Shown: positions 9,889-20,222 of the stretch, piece after piece | Position numbering within the stretch: position 1 is the stretch's first letter | Layout: every line of letters starts with the position of its first letter | From: Pedobacter sp. | GTDB lineage: Bacteria > Desulfobacterota > Desulfuromonadia > Desulfuromonadales > Syntrophotaleaceae | Assembly (NCBI GenBank): GCA_050253415.1 | Contig: JBFWJC010000002.1 | Coordinates: forward strand, 352,001-416,000 | Length of the DNA stretch: 64,000 nucleotides | Direction of reading: 5' to 3' | Notes under the pieces: model-generated | The model's database searches: none | Seen by the model: the letters and a program-made list of their open reading frames with translations, nothing else | What the model was told of the DNA's origin: nothing | Translations under genes and position numbers: made by a program

Positions 9889-9998
9889 AAGTGACAGCCG
9901 GGTCCTGCGCAACGGACGGCCGCCAACCCCGTCAGACCCGGGAGGGAGCAGCGGTAACGGCCTCAGCCGTGTGCCGCGGGGAAGCCTGGCTGTCACTT
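9889..9998 (+). ncRNA. ffs: signal recognition particle RNA (4.5S)
   Basis: long hairpin aagtgacagcc...ggctgtcactt with domain IV-like GTCAGACCC-GGGA-GGGAGCAGC; canonical position upstream of dnaX. Confidence 0.9.
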
Positions 9999-10061
9999 GT
10001 GTCGGCAATCCTTTTTGTCCCACCGACCGCATTCCTATGCATACGGAGATCCTAGCACTTC

Positions 10062-11903
10062 ATGTCTTACCTGGTACTGGCTCGTAAGTATCGGCCCCAG
10101 AGTTTTGAAGACCTCGTCGGACAGGAACACGTCAGCCAAACCCTGGGCAACGCCATAAAGACCGGGCGGGTACATCATGCCTTCCTTTTCACAGGAGCGC
10201 GCGGAGTCGGCAAAACGTCCGCGGCGCGTATTTTTGCCAAGGCTCTTAACTGTGAACAGGGGTTGACTCCCCACCCGTGTAACGTTTGCCAGTCCTGCCT
10301 GGAAATCTCTTCCGGACAGGGTTTGGACGTCTTCGAAATCGATGGGGCATCCAACACCGGCGTCGACGACGTGCGTGATTTGCGAGAGAATATTCGTTAC
10401 CTTCCATCTCGTTCCCGCTATAAAATTTTTATCATCGACGAAGTTCATATGCTTTCCACTAACGCCTTTAATGCATTACTGAAGACGTTGGAAGAGCCGC
10501 CTGCGCACGCAAAATTTATTTTTGCCACAACCGAACCGCATAAAATTCCTATTACAATTTTATCGCGTTGCCAGCGATTTGATTTTCGCAAAATTCCTTT
10601 GCCGTTGATCGTGGGTCGATTAAACGAAATCGCCTTGGCTGAAAATATCCATGTTTCCGAGCGATCTCTTGGTCTTATTGCTCGGCGTGGTGAAGGCAGT
10701 ATGCGCGACGCCCAGTCAACCTTTGATCAGGTCATTGCATTTTGTGGCGACACGGTCAGTGATGAGGATGTGCAGGGCCTGTTGGGGATGGTTGATCGGC
10801 GGCTCTTGTTTGACACTGTGGAAGGGATTCTTGGGCATGATAGCCGGAGGGTTTTGCATGGTGTGCGGCGGGTGGACGAGTTGGGCCACTCTTTTCGCCA
10901 ATTTTGTCGGGAGCTCGTCGACGCGTTCCGCTCTCTGGTCGTTATGAAGGTTGTTCCAGATCCCGAAGGGTTGCTCGATGGGGCGCCAGATGAGTTGGAG
11001 GATTTTCGTCGTTTGGCTGCCGGTGTAGAGCTTGAGGATTTGCAGCGGGCTGTGACGGTGCTGATTCGTACCGAAGGGGACCTTGCCGGTTCGTCGTTTC
11101 CTCGGCTAGCTTTGGAGATGGCCCTGGTCAGGCTGGCTCATTTGCCTGCCGGTCGAGAGGTTGCAGGGCTAATTCGTCAGATGGAGGATCTGCAGCGGCG
11201 TCTCGATTCGGGAACAACTGTGGTGGAGCGTCCGGTGATGGCGAATCCTGAACGTCCGGTGATGGCGAATCCTGAGCGTCCGGTGATGGCGAATCCTGAG
11301 CGTCCGGTGATGACGAATCCTGAGCGTCCGGTGATGACGAATCCTGAGCGTCCGGTGATGACGAATCCTGAGGGTCCTGCGCCGGAAAAGTGTGAGCAGG
11401 TGATGGCCGATGACGCGAATACACAGGCCCATTCTCTTTCCGTAAGCCAAATTGGCGATGCCGGGGATCGTCGGCACGGTTGGCAAGACTTGGTTCAATT
11501 GGTAAAAAAAGAACGTCCCCGTTTGGGTGGGGTTTTGGAACATGGACGGCTTTTGCTTCTGGATTTGCCGAATGTGGAGCTGGGATTTGTCGACGGGTCT
11601 TTTCATCTGTTGCAGATGCAGGGCGCTGATTTGCAAACCGCCTTTTCGAAAATGGCCGAAGATTTCTTTGGACAACCCATATCTTTGAAAGTTGTGGCGA
11701 TAAGAGAGCAGGATCAGGCTGTTGTGCCGCCATCACTGGCTGAGGAGCGTGAGGCTCGGGAGAGTACGCAGCGCAATCGTGTCAGGGATGAAGCGTTGGC
11801 ACATCCTGGTATTCAGGCGGCTCAGAAGATCCTCGGGGGAGAAGTTGTGCAGGTCAAATCTCTCCGTGAGGGTACAGATCTGGAACACAAGGATCGTAAT
11901 TGA
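10062..11903 (+). CDS. dnaX: DNA polymerase III subunit gamma/tau
   Basis: LARKYRPQ, GARGVGKT, C4 zinc motif, DEVHML, NALLKTLEEPP, SRC. Confidence 0.97.
   Translation: MSYLVLARKYRPQSFEDLVGQEHVSQTLGNAIKTGRVHHAFLFTGARGVGKTSAARIFAKALNCEQGLTPHPCNVCQSCLEISSGQGLDVFEIDGASNTGVDDVRDLRENIRYLPSRSRYKIFIIDEVHMLSTNAFNALLKTLEEPPAHAKFIFATTEPHKIPITILSRCQRFDFRKIPLPLIVGRLNEIALAENIHVSERSLGLIARRGEGSMRDAQSTFDQVIAFCGDTVSDEDVQGLLGMVDRRLLFDTVEGILGHDSRRVLHGVRRVDELGHSFRQFCRELVDAFRSLVVMKVVPDPEGLLDGAPDELEDFRRLAAGVELEDLQRAVTVLIRTEGDLAGSSFPRLALEMALVRLAHLPAGREVAGLIRQMEDLQRRLDSGTTVVERPVMANPERPVMANPERPVMANPERPVMTNPERPVMTNPERPVMTNPEGPAPEKCEQVMADDANTQAHSLSVSQIGDAGDRRHGWQDLVQLVKKERPRLGGVLEHGRLLLLDLPNVELGFVDGSFHLLQMQGADLQTAFSKMAEDFFGQPISLKVVAIREQDQAVVPPSLAEEREARESTQRNRVRDEALAHPGIQAAQKILGGEVVQVKSLREGTDLEHKDRN
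11226..11369 (+). repeat. in-frame 24-nt tandem repeat x6 (ERPVM[A/T]NP)
   Basis: unit gagcgtccggtgatg(g/a)cgaatcct; three Ala copies followed by three Thr copies. Confidence 0.97.
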
Positions 11904-11998
11904 GACATTTTTTAGTCTGAGACACATATGCCAATGGTAGTATTGATAAACCTAAAAAATAAATAGCCGCTATTTAAAAGGCTTGGGAGGTTGCTGTT

Positions 11999-12313
11999 AT
12001 GGCAAAAGGTTTGGGTAACATCATGAAGCAGGCGCAACTTATGCAGCAGAAGATGGAACGCATGCAGCAGGAGTTGGAAACCCGTCAGGTGGAAGCATCT
12101 GCTGGTGGCGGCATGGTGACCGCGGTTGTTAACGGGCGGCAACAGCTCGTCGATCTGAAAATCGAAGCAAGCGTGGTCGATCCGGAAGATGTCGACATGC
12201 TTCAGGACCTTGTTTTGGCCGCCGTAAATGAAGCGCTTAAGAAAAGCCAGGATATGGCTCAGCAGGAAATGAGTAAGTTGACGGGTGGCATGAATATCCC
12301 CGGATTGATGTAA
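11999..12313 (+). CDS. ybaB: YbaB/EbfC nucleoid-associated protein
   Basis: MKQAQ.MQ, AGGGMV and DMLQDLVLAAVN motifs; lies between dnaX and recR. Confidence 0.95.
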   Translation: MAKGLGNIMKQAQLMQQKMERMQQELETRQVEASAGGGMVTAVVNGRQQLVDLKIEASVVDPEDVDMLQDLVLAAVNEALKKSQDMAQQEMSKLTGGMNIPGLM

Positions 12314-12412
12314 TTGCCGTGAGCCGTGTTTATCGGCGGTGAAAAAAAATTTTTTATCCCGAAAAAACAATAGAACGTTATTTCAAAACTGGTTGTCATC
12401 ATAATTAACAAC

Positions 12413-13012
12413 ATGGTAAAATTTACTCCATCGTTTAATCGGCTCGTTGGCGAGTTCTCCAAACTGCCAGGTATCGGCAGGAAGACGGCCGCCAGACTGG
12501 CCCTTTTTATTCTCCGGCAGCCTCTTGAGGAGTCTGTTGCGCTTGCGAATGCCATTAAGGAGCTGAAAGAGCGAACCAGGTTTTGCTCACGGTGTTTTCA
12601 TTTTACCGAAGTCGATCCCTGTCCATTGTGTACCGATGTGGGCCGAGATGATCAACTGATCTGTGTTGTTGAAGAGCCGCAGGATGTCATCGCCATCGAG
12701 CGTAGCCGTTCTTATCGAGGAAGATACCATGTTTTACATGGGTCACTTTCTCCATTGGATGGTGTCGGTCCGGACGATTTGAAAATTGACGCTTTGCTTG
12801 AAAGATTGCAGCAGAACGATGTTAAAGAAGTTCTTCTGGCAACGAACTTTGACGTTGAAGGCGAGGCTACAGCGCTGTATCTGGCCAAACTCATAAGGCC
12901 GACGGGAGTCAAGGTGACCCGCCTTGCGCACGGGATTCCTACCGGAAGCGATCTGGAATATGTGGATGAGGCAACCGTTAATTATGCAGTTGAGGGACGC
13001 CGGGAATTGTGA
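12413..13012 (+). CDS. recR: recombination mediator RecR
   Basis: LPGIGRKTA HhH, C4 zinc finger, Toprim (EGEATA). Confidence 0.97.
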   Translation: MVKFTPSFNRLVGEFSKLPGIGRKTAARLALFILRQPLEESVALANAIKELKERTRFCSRCFHFTEVDPCPLCTDVGRDDQLICVVEEPQDVIAIERSRSYRGRYHVLHGSLSPLDGVGPDDLKIDALLERLQQNDVKEVLLATNFDVEGEATALYLAKLIRPTGVKVTRLAHGIPTGSDLEYVDEATVNYAVEGRREL

Positions 13013-13214
13013 GTTTTAACAAATAGGCAAATGTTTTGCATTAGCTTGGTCGGCGAGAGCCTCTGCCGGCCTCGTTTTGTTGAGTAAAAAACTTTCTTGT
13101 TGTGCCGGAATGGATGCGCAAGAAAGTCGTGATATTCGTACCCGGAGCGTAGATTTAAAACATAGAATCAGTAATTTTAGTTCTAAGATCGAGATGATCC
13201 ACAAGGAGGAAACA

Positions 13215-16200
13215 ATGTCCCGAAAAATGGTGACGATCGATGGCAATACGGCGGCTGCGCATGTTGCCCATGCCACCAATGAGGTTATTGCTATTTACCC
13301 GATCACGCCCTCGTCCAATATGGGGGAGATTTCTGACGCCAAGAGCGCATTGAATGAAGCCAATATCTGGGGAACCGTGCCCGATGTTGTCGAGCTTCAA
13401 TCCGAGGGGGGTGCCGTAGGTGCTGTGCACGGGGCTCTTCAGGCGGGTGCCCTGACCACGACCTTTACCGCATCTCAGGGCCTGTTGCTGATGGTCCCTA
13501 ACATGTTTAAGATCGCAGGAGAGCTTACGCCGACAGTATTCCATGTTTCGGCTCGGGCCATTGCCTGTCAGGCTCTGTCGATCTTTGGCGATCATTCTGA
13601 CGTCATGGCCACCCGTTCCACCGGTTGGGCTTTGCTGGCCTCGAACAATGTTCAGGAGGTCATGGACCTGGCGCTTATCTGTCAGGCTGCAACCTTGGAG
13701 GCGCGCGTACCGTTTCTGCATTTCTTCGATGGTTTCCGAACTTCCCACGAAGTTCAGAAAGTTGAAGAACTGACTAAAGACGATATGCGTTTTATGCTCG
13801 ACGATGATCTGGTGCGCGCGCACCGTGAACGTGCCTTGTCGCCCGAGCGTCCCAAAATTCGCGGTACTTCTCAGAATCCTGACGTTTATTTCCAGGGTCG
13901 CGAAACGGTAAATGCTTATTACGATAAAGTTCCCGGTATCCTTCAGGCCCAGATGGATAAATTCGCCAAGCGCGTCGGTCGTCAGTACTCGCTGGTCGAG
14001 TATGTCGGTGCTCCCGATGCCGAGCGCGTTGTGGTGGTCATGGGCTCCGGTGCGGATACCGTTCACGAGTTGGTCGAGTATCTGAATGCCAAGGGTGAAA
14101 AGATTGGTGTTCTTAAGATACGCTTGTTCCTGCCTTTCCCCATTGAGGCCTTTGCGCAAGCGTTGCCCACCACCGTTAAGAAGATCGCCGTACTCGACCG
14201 CACGAAAGAGCCCGGTTCCTTAGGGGAACCCCTCTATCAAGCTGTACGTACTGCGATCGGTGAGGCCATGAGTGATGGCTTGCTGAATCTGAAAGATTAT
14301 CCGACCGTCGTTGGCGGACGTTACGGGCTGGGCTCCAAAGAATTTACCCCTTCGCTGGTCAAGGCGGTTTTCGATAATCTGTCTCAGGATAAACCTAAAA
14401 ACCATTTTACCGTCGGCATCATAGACGATGTTACCGGCACGAGTCTCGCGGCCGATCCCAATTTTAAATTGGTCCACGACGGTCTCTACTCCGCCGTGTT
14501 CTACGGGCTTGGCTCCGACGGTACCGTTGGTGCTAACAAAAACTCCATCAAGATAATCGGTGAAACCACCGACAATAATGTTCAGGCTTATTTCGTTTAT
14601 GACTCCAAAAAGGCCGGCAGTATCACCACCAGCCATTTGCGTTTCGGCAAGCAGCCTATTCGTGCGCCGTACCTCATCGACAGTGCCGACTTTGTAGCCT
14701 GTCATAACTTCTTCTTTCTGGAGAAGTATGACATGTTGAACAAGGCCAAGCCCGGGGCAACGTTTTTGCTCAACAGCCCTTACGGCAAAGATGAAATATG
14801 GGGGCAGTTACCTCTTGAAGTTCAGCAGACCATCATCGAAAAGCAGTTGAAATTTTATGTCATCGATGGGGTGCGGCTGGGTAATGAAATCGGTCTGGGT
14901 GCGCGCATCAACATCATCATGCAGACAGCCTTTTTCGCTATCTCCAATATTATCCCTCTTGAAACGGCCATCGCGCAGATTAAAGATGCCATTGTCAAGA
15001 GTTATGGTAAGCGAGGTGAAAAAGTCGTTAACATGAATAACCAGGCGATTGACGTCGCTTTGGCCAACCTGCACCAGGTTACCGTACCGACTACGGCTGA
15101 TAGCAGCCTCATGATGAAACCTCCGGTGGGACCCCATGCGCCGGCCTTCGTTAAAGAGGTTACAGCCCAGATTATTGCCAACAGGGGCGATGAATTGCCG
15201 GTTTCTGCCATCCCGGCGGACGGAACTTTCCCCGTAGCGACCTCGCAATACGAAAAACGCAATATCGCTATCAATATCCCCGTATGGGAAGCCGACTTGT
15301 GCGTGCAGTGCGGCATTTGCTCGTTTGTCTGCCCGCATGCAACCATCCGCATGAAAGTCTTTGCCGCTGACCAGTTGGTTGGCGCACCCGAGACTTTCAA
15401 GTCCTGCGATGCCAAGGGTAAAGGTCTGGAAGGTTTGAAATTCTCCCTTCAGGTTGCTCCCGAGGATTGTACGGGGTGCGGCGCATGTGTTCACAATTGT
15501 CCGGCCAAGAGTAAGGAAGATGCTTCTCGCAAGGCCATCAATATGGCTTTCCAGCCGCCGCTGCGTGATCAGGAAGTCGGTAACTGGGAGTTTTTCCTTT
15601 CGCTTCCCGATACCGATCCCAGCCTGTTCAACCGGGCTACGGTCAAAGGCAGTCAGTTGTTGCCGCCCATGTTCGAATTTTCCGGTGCATGTGCCGGTTG
15701 TGGCGAGACGCCGTTTGTGAAATTGCTCTCGCAGTTATTCGGCGATCGGTTACTGGCTGCCAATGCCACTGGCTGTTCCTCTATTTATGGAGGTAATCTG
15801 CCGACTACGCCCTGGACAGTTCGTAAAGACGGTCTTGGTCCTACCTGGAATAACTCTTTGTTTGAAGATTGTGCGGAGTTTGGTTTCGGTATGCGGTTGG
15901 CCGTGGATAAGTTCAAGACTTACGCCACCGAATTGCTCGACAAGATTATGACCTGTGCCAGCGATAGCTGCGGTGCAGCCAAGGCTTTGATGGCGGAAAT
16001 CAAGTCCGCCGATCAGTCAACCCAGGAAGGGATTGAGGCGCAGCGTCAGAGAGTGGCCAAGCTTAAGGAAATTCTCAAAGGCTGCGATAAAGATGATGCA
16101 GTCCAGTTGCTGTCGGTTGCTGACTATCTTGTCGAAAAATCGGTGTGGTTGATCGGTGGGGATGGTTGGGCTTATGACATCGGTTACGGCGGTCTGGACC

Positions 16201-16796
16201 ATGTTCTTGCTTCCGGTCGTAACGTCAATGCCCTGGTACTCGATACGGAAGTTTACTCGAATACCGGTGGTCAGGCCAGTAAGGCTACACCTCTCGGTGC
16301 CGTGGCTCAGTTTGCCGCGGGTGGTAAACGCATGGGTAAAAAAGACCTCGGTATGATCTCCATGACTTATGGCAATATTTACGTTGCCCAGGTGTCTTTG
16401 GCCAACCCGGCTCAGGTGGTTAAGGCGTTTATCGAAGCCGAGGCTTACGATGGTCCGTCCTTGATTCTGGCCTATAGTCATTGCATTGCACACGGTATTA
16501 AAATGACCGAGGCGGTGGATGCCTGTAAGATGGCGGTTAATTGCGGACATTGGCCGCTGTATCGTTTTGACCCGACCCTCTTAGAGGAAGGGAAGAATCC
16601 TTTGCAGCTTGATAGCAAGGAGCCGACCATCTCGTTTGAGGAATATGCCTATAGCGAAAATCGTTATAGGGTGCTGAAAAAGATTCAACCCGAAGCGGCG
16701 GCTACGCTCATGAAGCAGGCCAACCGCGATACGGCCAGGCGCTTCGATCTTTATCGAAAATTATCGGAAATGCCGGCTGATTGCGGGAAAAAATAA
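13215..16796 (+). CDS. nifJ: pyruvate:ferredoxin (flavodoxin) oxidoreductase, single-chain type
   Basis: YPITPS, QSEGGA, GLGSDGTVG, two 4Fe-4S ferredoxin motifs, GACAGCGE, GGDGWAYDIG; AGGAGG RBS before ATG 13215. Confidence 0.97.
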   Translation: MSRKMVTIDGNTAAAHVAHATNEVIAIYPITPSSNMGEISDAKSALNEANIWGTVPDVVELQSEGGAVGAVHGALQAGALTTTFTASQGLLLMVPNMFKIAGELTPTVFHVSARAIACQALSIFGDHSDVMATRSTGWALLASNNVQEVMDLALICQAATLEARVPFLHFFDGFRTSHEVQKVEELTKDDMRFMLDDDLVRAHRERALSPERPKIRGTSQNPDVYFQGRETVNAYYDKVPGILQAQMDKFAKRVGRQYSLVEYVGAPDAERVVVVMGSGADTVHELVEYLNAKGEKIGVLKIRLFLPFPIEAFAQALPTTVKKIAVLDRTKEPGSLGEPLYQAVRTAIGEAMSDGLLNLKDYPTVVGGRYGLGSKEFTPSLVKAVFDNLSQDKPKNHFTVGIIDDVTGTSLAADPNFKLVHDGLYSAVFYGLGSDGTVGANKNSIKIIGETTDNNVQAYFVYDSKKAGSITTSHLRFGKQPIRAPYLIDSADFVACHNFFFLEKYDMLNKAKPGATFLLNSPYGKDEIWGQLPLEVQQTIIEKQLKFYVIDGVRLGNEIGLGARINIIMQTAFFAISNIIPLETAIAQIKDAIVKSYGKRGEKVVNMNNQAIDVALANLHQVTVPTTADSSLMMKPPVGPHAPAFVKEVTAQIIANRGDELPVSAIPADGTFPVATSQYEKRNIAINIPVWEADLCVQCGICSFVCPHATIRMKVFAADQLVGAPETFKSCDAKGKGLEGLKFSLQVAPEDCTGCGACVHNCPAKSKEDASRKAINMAFQPPLRDQEVGNWEFFLSLPDTDPSLFNRATVKGSQLLPPMFEFSGACAGCGETPFVKLLSQLFGDRLLAANATGCSSIYGGNLPTTPWTVRKDGLGPTWNNSLFEDCAEFGFGMRLAVDKFKTYATELLDKIMTCASDSCGAAKALMAEIKSADQSTQEGIEAQRQRVAKLKEILKGCDKDDAVQLLSVADYLVEKSVWLIGGDGWAYDIGYGGLDHVLASGRNVNALVLDTEVYSNTGGQASKATPLGAVAQFAAGGKRMGKKDLGMISMTYGNIYVAQVSLANPAQVVKAFIEAEAYDGPSLILAYSHCIAHGIKMTEAVDACKMAVNCGHWPLYRFDPTLLEEGKNPLQLDSKEPTISFEEYAYSENRYRVLKKIQPEAAATLMKQANRDTARRFDLYRKLSEMPADCGKK

Positions 16797-16810
16797 TCGT
16801 TTGTTTGTTG

Positions 16811-16847
16811 AAAACTCCCGGTGGATTTCCGCCGGGAGTTTTTTTTT
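16811..16847 (+). terminator. intrinsic terminator
   Basis: aaaactcccggtgg-attt-ccgccgggagttt followed by a T-run. Confidence 0.9.
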
Positions 16848-17040
16848 GCACTAATGTTGATTTTCAGCTAACGAGTGACGTATTGGTTTCCTTGTTTTTG
16901 GGCACATTTTTGCATTTGATCGTATGTAAAGTGTGGCCGTGTTATCGGCGAATGTATGTGAAAATTCAAATATCTTGATCGTCGACTGCATAGATGATAT
17001 AAAAACGCTTGGTTTAGACACTTACCCTGGGAGCACAGGC

Positions 17041-17538
17041 ATGTTAGGTTACCAGTCCTCGTTAGTCATGTATGATGAGGAATATCAGCGGATCGTTGAA
17101 ATTGCGGATAAATTGCTACGCGAATCAAACGCGAAATCGGTATTCCTGGTCGATCGTAATGGACAACTGATTGCCGCCACAGGCGAGACGGAGCACTTGG
17201 ATACCACAAGCCTCGCATCTCTGACTGCCGGTAATATTGCGGCTACTGGAGGTTTGGCCAAGCTTATCGGTGAAAAAGAGTTCTCCATTCTTTTTCATGA
17301 GGGAGAAAAAGATAATATTCATATCTCCATCGTCGGTGGGCGAGTTATCCTTGTTGTTATTTTCGACCAACGAAGTTCTCTTGGCCTGGTGCGCTTGCGT
17401 GTCAAAAAGGGCAGTGAGGATTTTGACCGAACGATGGAAGAGCTTGATCGTAAATCGGCGGAGGAGGCAGGCAGTGGCGGTCCGCAGAATCCTTTTGCGG
17501 AAATTACCGATGACGATATCGATAATCTCTTTCGGTAA
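17041..17538 (+). CDS. mglB: Roadblock/LC7 GTPase-activating protein MglB
   Basis: [46 protein letters not shown] and C-terminal [13 protein letters not shown]. Confidence 0.95.
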   Translation: MLGYQSSLVMYDEEYQRIVEIADKLLRESNAKSVFLVDRNGQLIAATGETEHLDTTSLASLTAGNIAATGGLAKLIGEKEFSILFHEGEKDNIHISIVGGRVILVVIFDQRSSLGLVRLRVKKGSEDFDRTMEELDRKSAEEAGSGGPQNPFAEITDDDIDNLFR

Positions 17539-17552
17539 CAGGATGGCAACGA

Positions 17553-18143
17553 ATGGCTTTTATCAACTATGCTGCGCGTGAGATAAATTGCAAGATCGTT
17601 TATTACGGCCCCGGTCTATGCGGCAAGACCACCAATTTGCAAACCATATATCAACGGACTTCTCCTGACGCTCGTGGCAAGATGATTTCGCTTGCTACGG
17701 AAACAGAGAGAACGTTGTTTTTTGACTTTCTACCGTTGGCGTTGGGTGATATCCGCGGGTTCAAGACGCGGTTCCATTTGTACACGGTCCCCGGTCAGGT
17801 GTTTTACGATGCTTCACGCAAGCTTATCCTCAAAGGGGTTGACGGTGTTGTGTTTGTTGCCGATTCCCAGGAAGAGCGACTTGACGCAAATATCGAGAGT
17901 TTGGAGAATTTGAAGGACAACCTTGAAGAGCAGGGTTACGACTTGGAGAAGATTCCCTTTGTTATTCAGTATAACAAACGGGATCTTCCGAACCAGAGTC
18001 CGCTTGATGAGCTTCAGGAGCTTCTTAATCCGGATCAGGTGCCGGAATTTGAAGCTTGCGCTCTTACCGGAGAAGGGGTCTTTGAAACCCTTAAAGCGGT
18101 TGCCAAGCAAATTCTCATTGAGCTCAAAAAAGGGCGTCGTTAA
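17553..18143 (+). CDS. mglA: small Ras-like GTPase MglA
   Basis: [33 protein letters not shown]. Confidence 0.97.
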   Translation: MAFINYAAREINCKIVYYGPGLCGKTTNLQTIYQRTSPDARGKMISLATETERTLFFDFLPLALGDIRGFKTRFHLYTVPGQVFYDASRKLILKGVDGVVFVADSQEERLDANIESLENLKDNLEEQGYDLEKIPFVIQYNKRDLPNQSPLDELQELLNPDQVPEFEACALTGEGVFETLKAVAKQILIELKKGRR

Positions 18144-18316
18144 CTCTGGTTGTGCTGTTTGAGTTTGGTTGATGTATTGGAAAATAATGGCCTGTCGAAG
18201 ATTTCGGCGGGCCATTCGTGTTTATGCGGGAGCGCTGGCAAGGTTGAAAAACGTCAGGCAGGAAATGTCGGGACCTTTTTTGGGTATCCCTGGTGGGAGC
18301 GAACCGTAGGATTGGG

Positions 18317-18853
18317 TTACCAGTATCGTACCCTGCCGGTATCTACGTGTACGAAATTAGACTTTGGGTAATAGCCAACTCCGCCTCTTTTCATAGATAC
18401 GGCAGTTTTTCGAAGTTTGGCAAGGGGACAGCCGGGCAGCCGGATGTCAATGGCTTGCCCTGCCATGTGCAAACTATGCTTAGCGACGCCGCTGGAGTGA
18501 CTCTGCAGATTGCGATTGGTGGCAGGTGATCGATATCCGGAGATGATCTCAAAGGGTGCATCAACGGGGATTTTGCTGCGCATGGCATGGAGAATGTCCA
18601 GCAGGTTTGGATCGATAATTTTAATTTCATCGGTCCGGTGATCCCGGAGCAGGTAGTTGATCTGTTGTAGAGTTTCGCGTTGGTACGATCCCTTTTCCCA
18701 GTAGACGGCCTGGTGAAGATGTTCTCCCGTATGTGTATTGTAAAGTGACAAGGTGCGTTCAGTAGCGCCGGGAAGCTTTGCCAGGGCTGGCCATGGGGTA
18801 AGTATGGTCCCGGCGGCGGCCAGGCTCATTTTTAAAAAATATCTTCGATTCAT
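18317..18853 (-). CDS. YcbK/DUF882 (MepK-like) Tat-exported peptidoglycan peptidase, M15A type
   Basis: Tat signal NRRYFLK; LRDHR, IISGYRSP, SLHMAGQAIDI and FVHVDTG motifs. Confidence 0.92.
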   Translation of the reverse strand: MNRRYFLKMSLAAAGTILTPWPALAKLPGATERTLSLYNTHTGEHLHQAVYWEKGSYQRETLQQINYLLRDHRTDEIKIIDPNLLDILHAMRSKIPVDAPFEIISGYRSPATNRNLQSHSSGVAKHSLHMAGQAIDIRLPGCPLAKLRKTAVSMKRGGVGYYPKSNFVHVDTGRVRYW

Positions 18854-18920
18854 GGTTGCTTATGTATTTCGAGGTTACCAGGCCCACTGTCACGATGAAG
18901 TTGAGGATTGGTGGGTGCGT

Positions 18921-18937
18921 TGCAGGACATATGCCAA
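18921..18937 (-). promoter_or_regulatory. sigma-54 (-24/-12) promoter of the YcbK-like gene
   Basis: minus strand TTGGCAT-ATGTC-CTGCA (GG-N10-GC), about 70 nt upstream of the ATG. Confidence 0.6.
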
Positions 18938-19265
18938 TGGCATGTATTTTGTCTGAGACCGAAACTAGGGCAGCATAGCAGACCCGATGAGTTTTTTTCA
19001 AACATAATTTGCTTAAAAATCAATTAGGTAGAGTCTCTAAGACTCCTTTTTGAAGCGTGGGATTCAATAGGGTGTTCTCGATTGTGACAATACTTGACAG
19101 TTTCGTGTGGTTAAATGACCGAAAACCATTATTTTTCTTGATGATACCCGCAAAAATGAATAGTATGGCATGGATTGTTCTGGTTAATGAGTTATTTATC
19201 GTTTGAGGCCAAAGGTTGCATTGCTGGACGGGCTTTCGACGGTTCATTTTTTGTCAGGGGGGGCT

Positions 19266-20222
19266 GTGAAGATTTTCGGTGGAAAATCGTCGTCGACCGG
19301 CGGTGCGACGGGGATTTCCCGCGAGGAGGGCGGGATTGGCCTGGCTCATGTGACAGGCTCGCTTGATAAACCATTTTTGGCTGGCTGTGAATTCTTCGCG
19401 GAGGATGCGGTTGACTGCGAAGAACGCCTGCAGGAGGAAGTCAAGCGCAGGGGACTCGTCCGCAGTCGTGGCATTGGCGTCATCGGTTTTGGGTCTTACG
19501 GTCTTTTCCAGGTGGCACCACCGGCAGTGCAGGACGCTGAATTGCGCGATGCCGTTCGCTGGCAAGTTAAGGATTTGATCGATTACCCCCTTGAGGAAGC
19601 CATCGTCGATGTCTTTCGCGTAGGGGCGGACAATCGCCGTGAAGGTTCCAAAAATGCCTACGTGGTAGCTGCCAGACAGTTGGTGGTACAGCAGCAGGCT
19701 CGTTTAATGCGCCATGCCCGTCTTAAAATCGATGCCATCGATATTCCCGAACTATGCTTAAGAAACCTTGCCTCCCGTCTGCCTGAAGATGCACGTGGCG
19801 TCTCGCTGCTTTATCTTGGCGTTGACCAAGGGGTGATTATTGTCTGTCGGGGAGGGCGGTTGCAATTGGCCCGAGATATCCCTTTCGGCACCTCCGCTTT
19901 ATCCGGTCCAAAAGCCGACCTGGAGTCCAGTGGATTTGATGAGCCCCAGGAACGCCTCAGCCTGCTGGCGCTTGATATTCAGCGCTCTCTCGACTTTTAC
20001 GAAAGCAGTTTTCGCCAGACTCCTGTCGCTGCACTCTATTTACTTCCCACTGTAACACCACTCCCCGAGCTTTTACCAGAATTGCAGGCACGGCTCGGGA
20101 CCTCGGTCAAAAACTTTGTTTTGGGAGAGGTCATCGACGGCGAGAGACAGGATCTGGAAACAGCGGAGAGTTGTTTGCTGGCTGTGGGTGCTGCTTTACG
20201 ACACGATCGGGAGGGGGCATGA
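19266..20222 (+). CDS. MSHA biogenesis protein, PilM-like (MshI-type)
   Basis: AVRWQVKDLIDYP, IDIPELCLRNL and LDIQRSLDFYES motifs; GTG start after a G-rich RBS; first gene of the msh locus. Confidence 0.8.
   Translation: MKIFGGKSSSTGGATGISREEGGIGLAHVTGSLDKPFLAGCEFFAEDAVDCEERLQEEVKRRGLVRSRGIGVIGFGSYGLFQVAPPAVQDAELRDAVRWQVKDLIDYPLEEAIVDVFRVGADNRREGSKNAYVVAARQLVVQQQARLMRHARLKIDAIDIPELCLRNLASRLPEDARGVSLLYLGVDQGVIIVCRGGRLQLARDIPFGTSALSGPKADLESSGFDEPQERLSLLALDIQRSLDFYESSFRQTPVAALYLLPTVTPLPELLPELQARLGTSVKNFVLGEVIDGERQDLETAESCLLAVGAALRHDREGA

Noticed and set aside
11226..11369. Repeat array as a possible CRISPR
   Set aside because: Units are head-to-tail with no spacers and lie in frame inside dnaX; no cas genes are in the window
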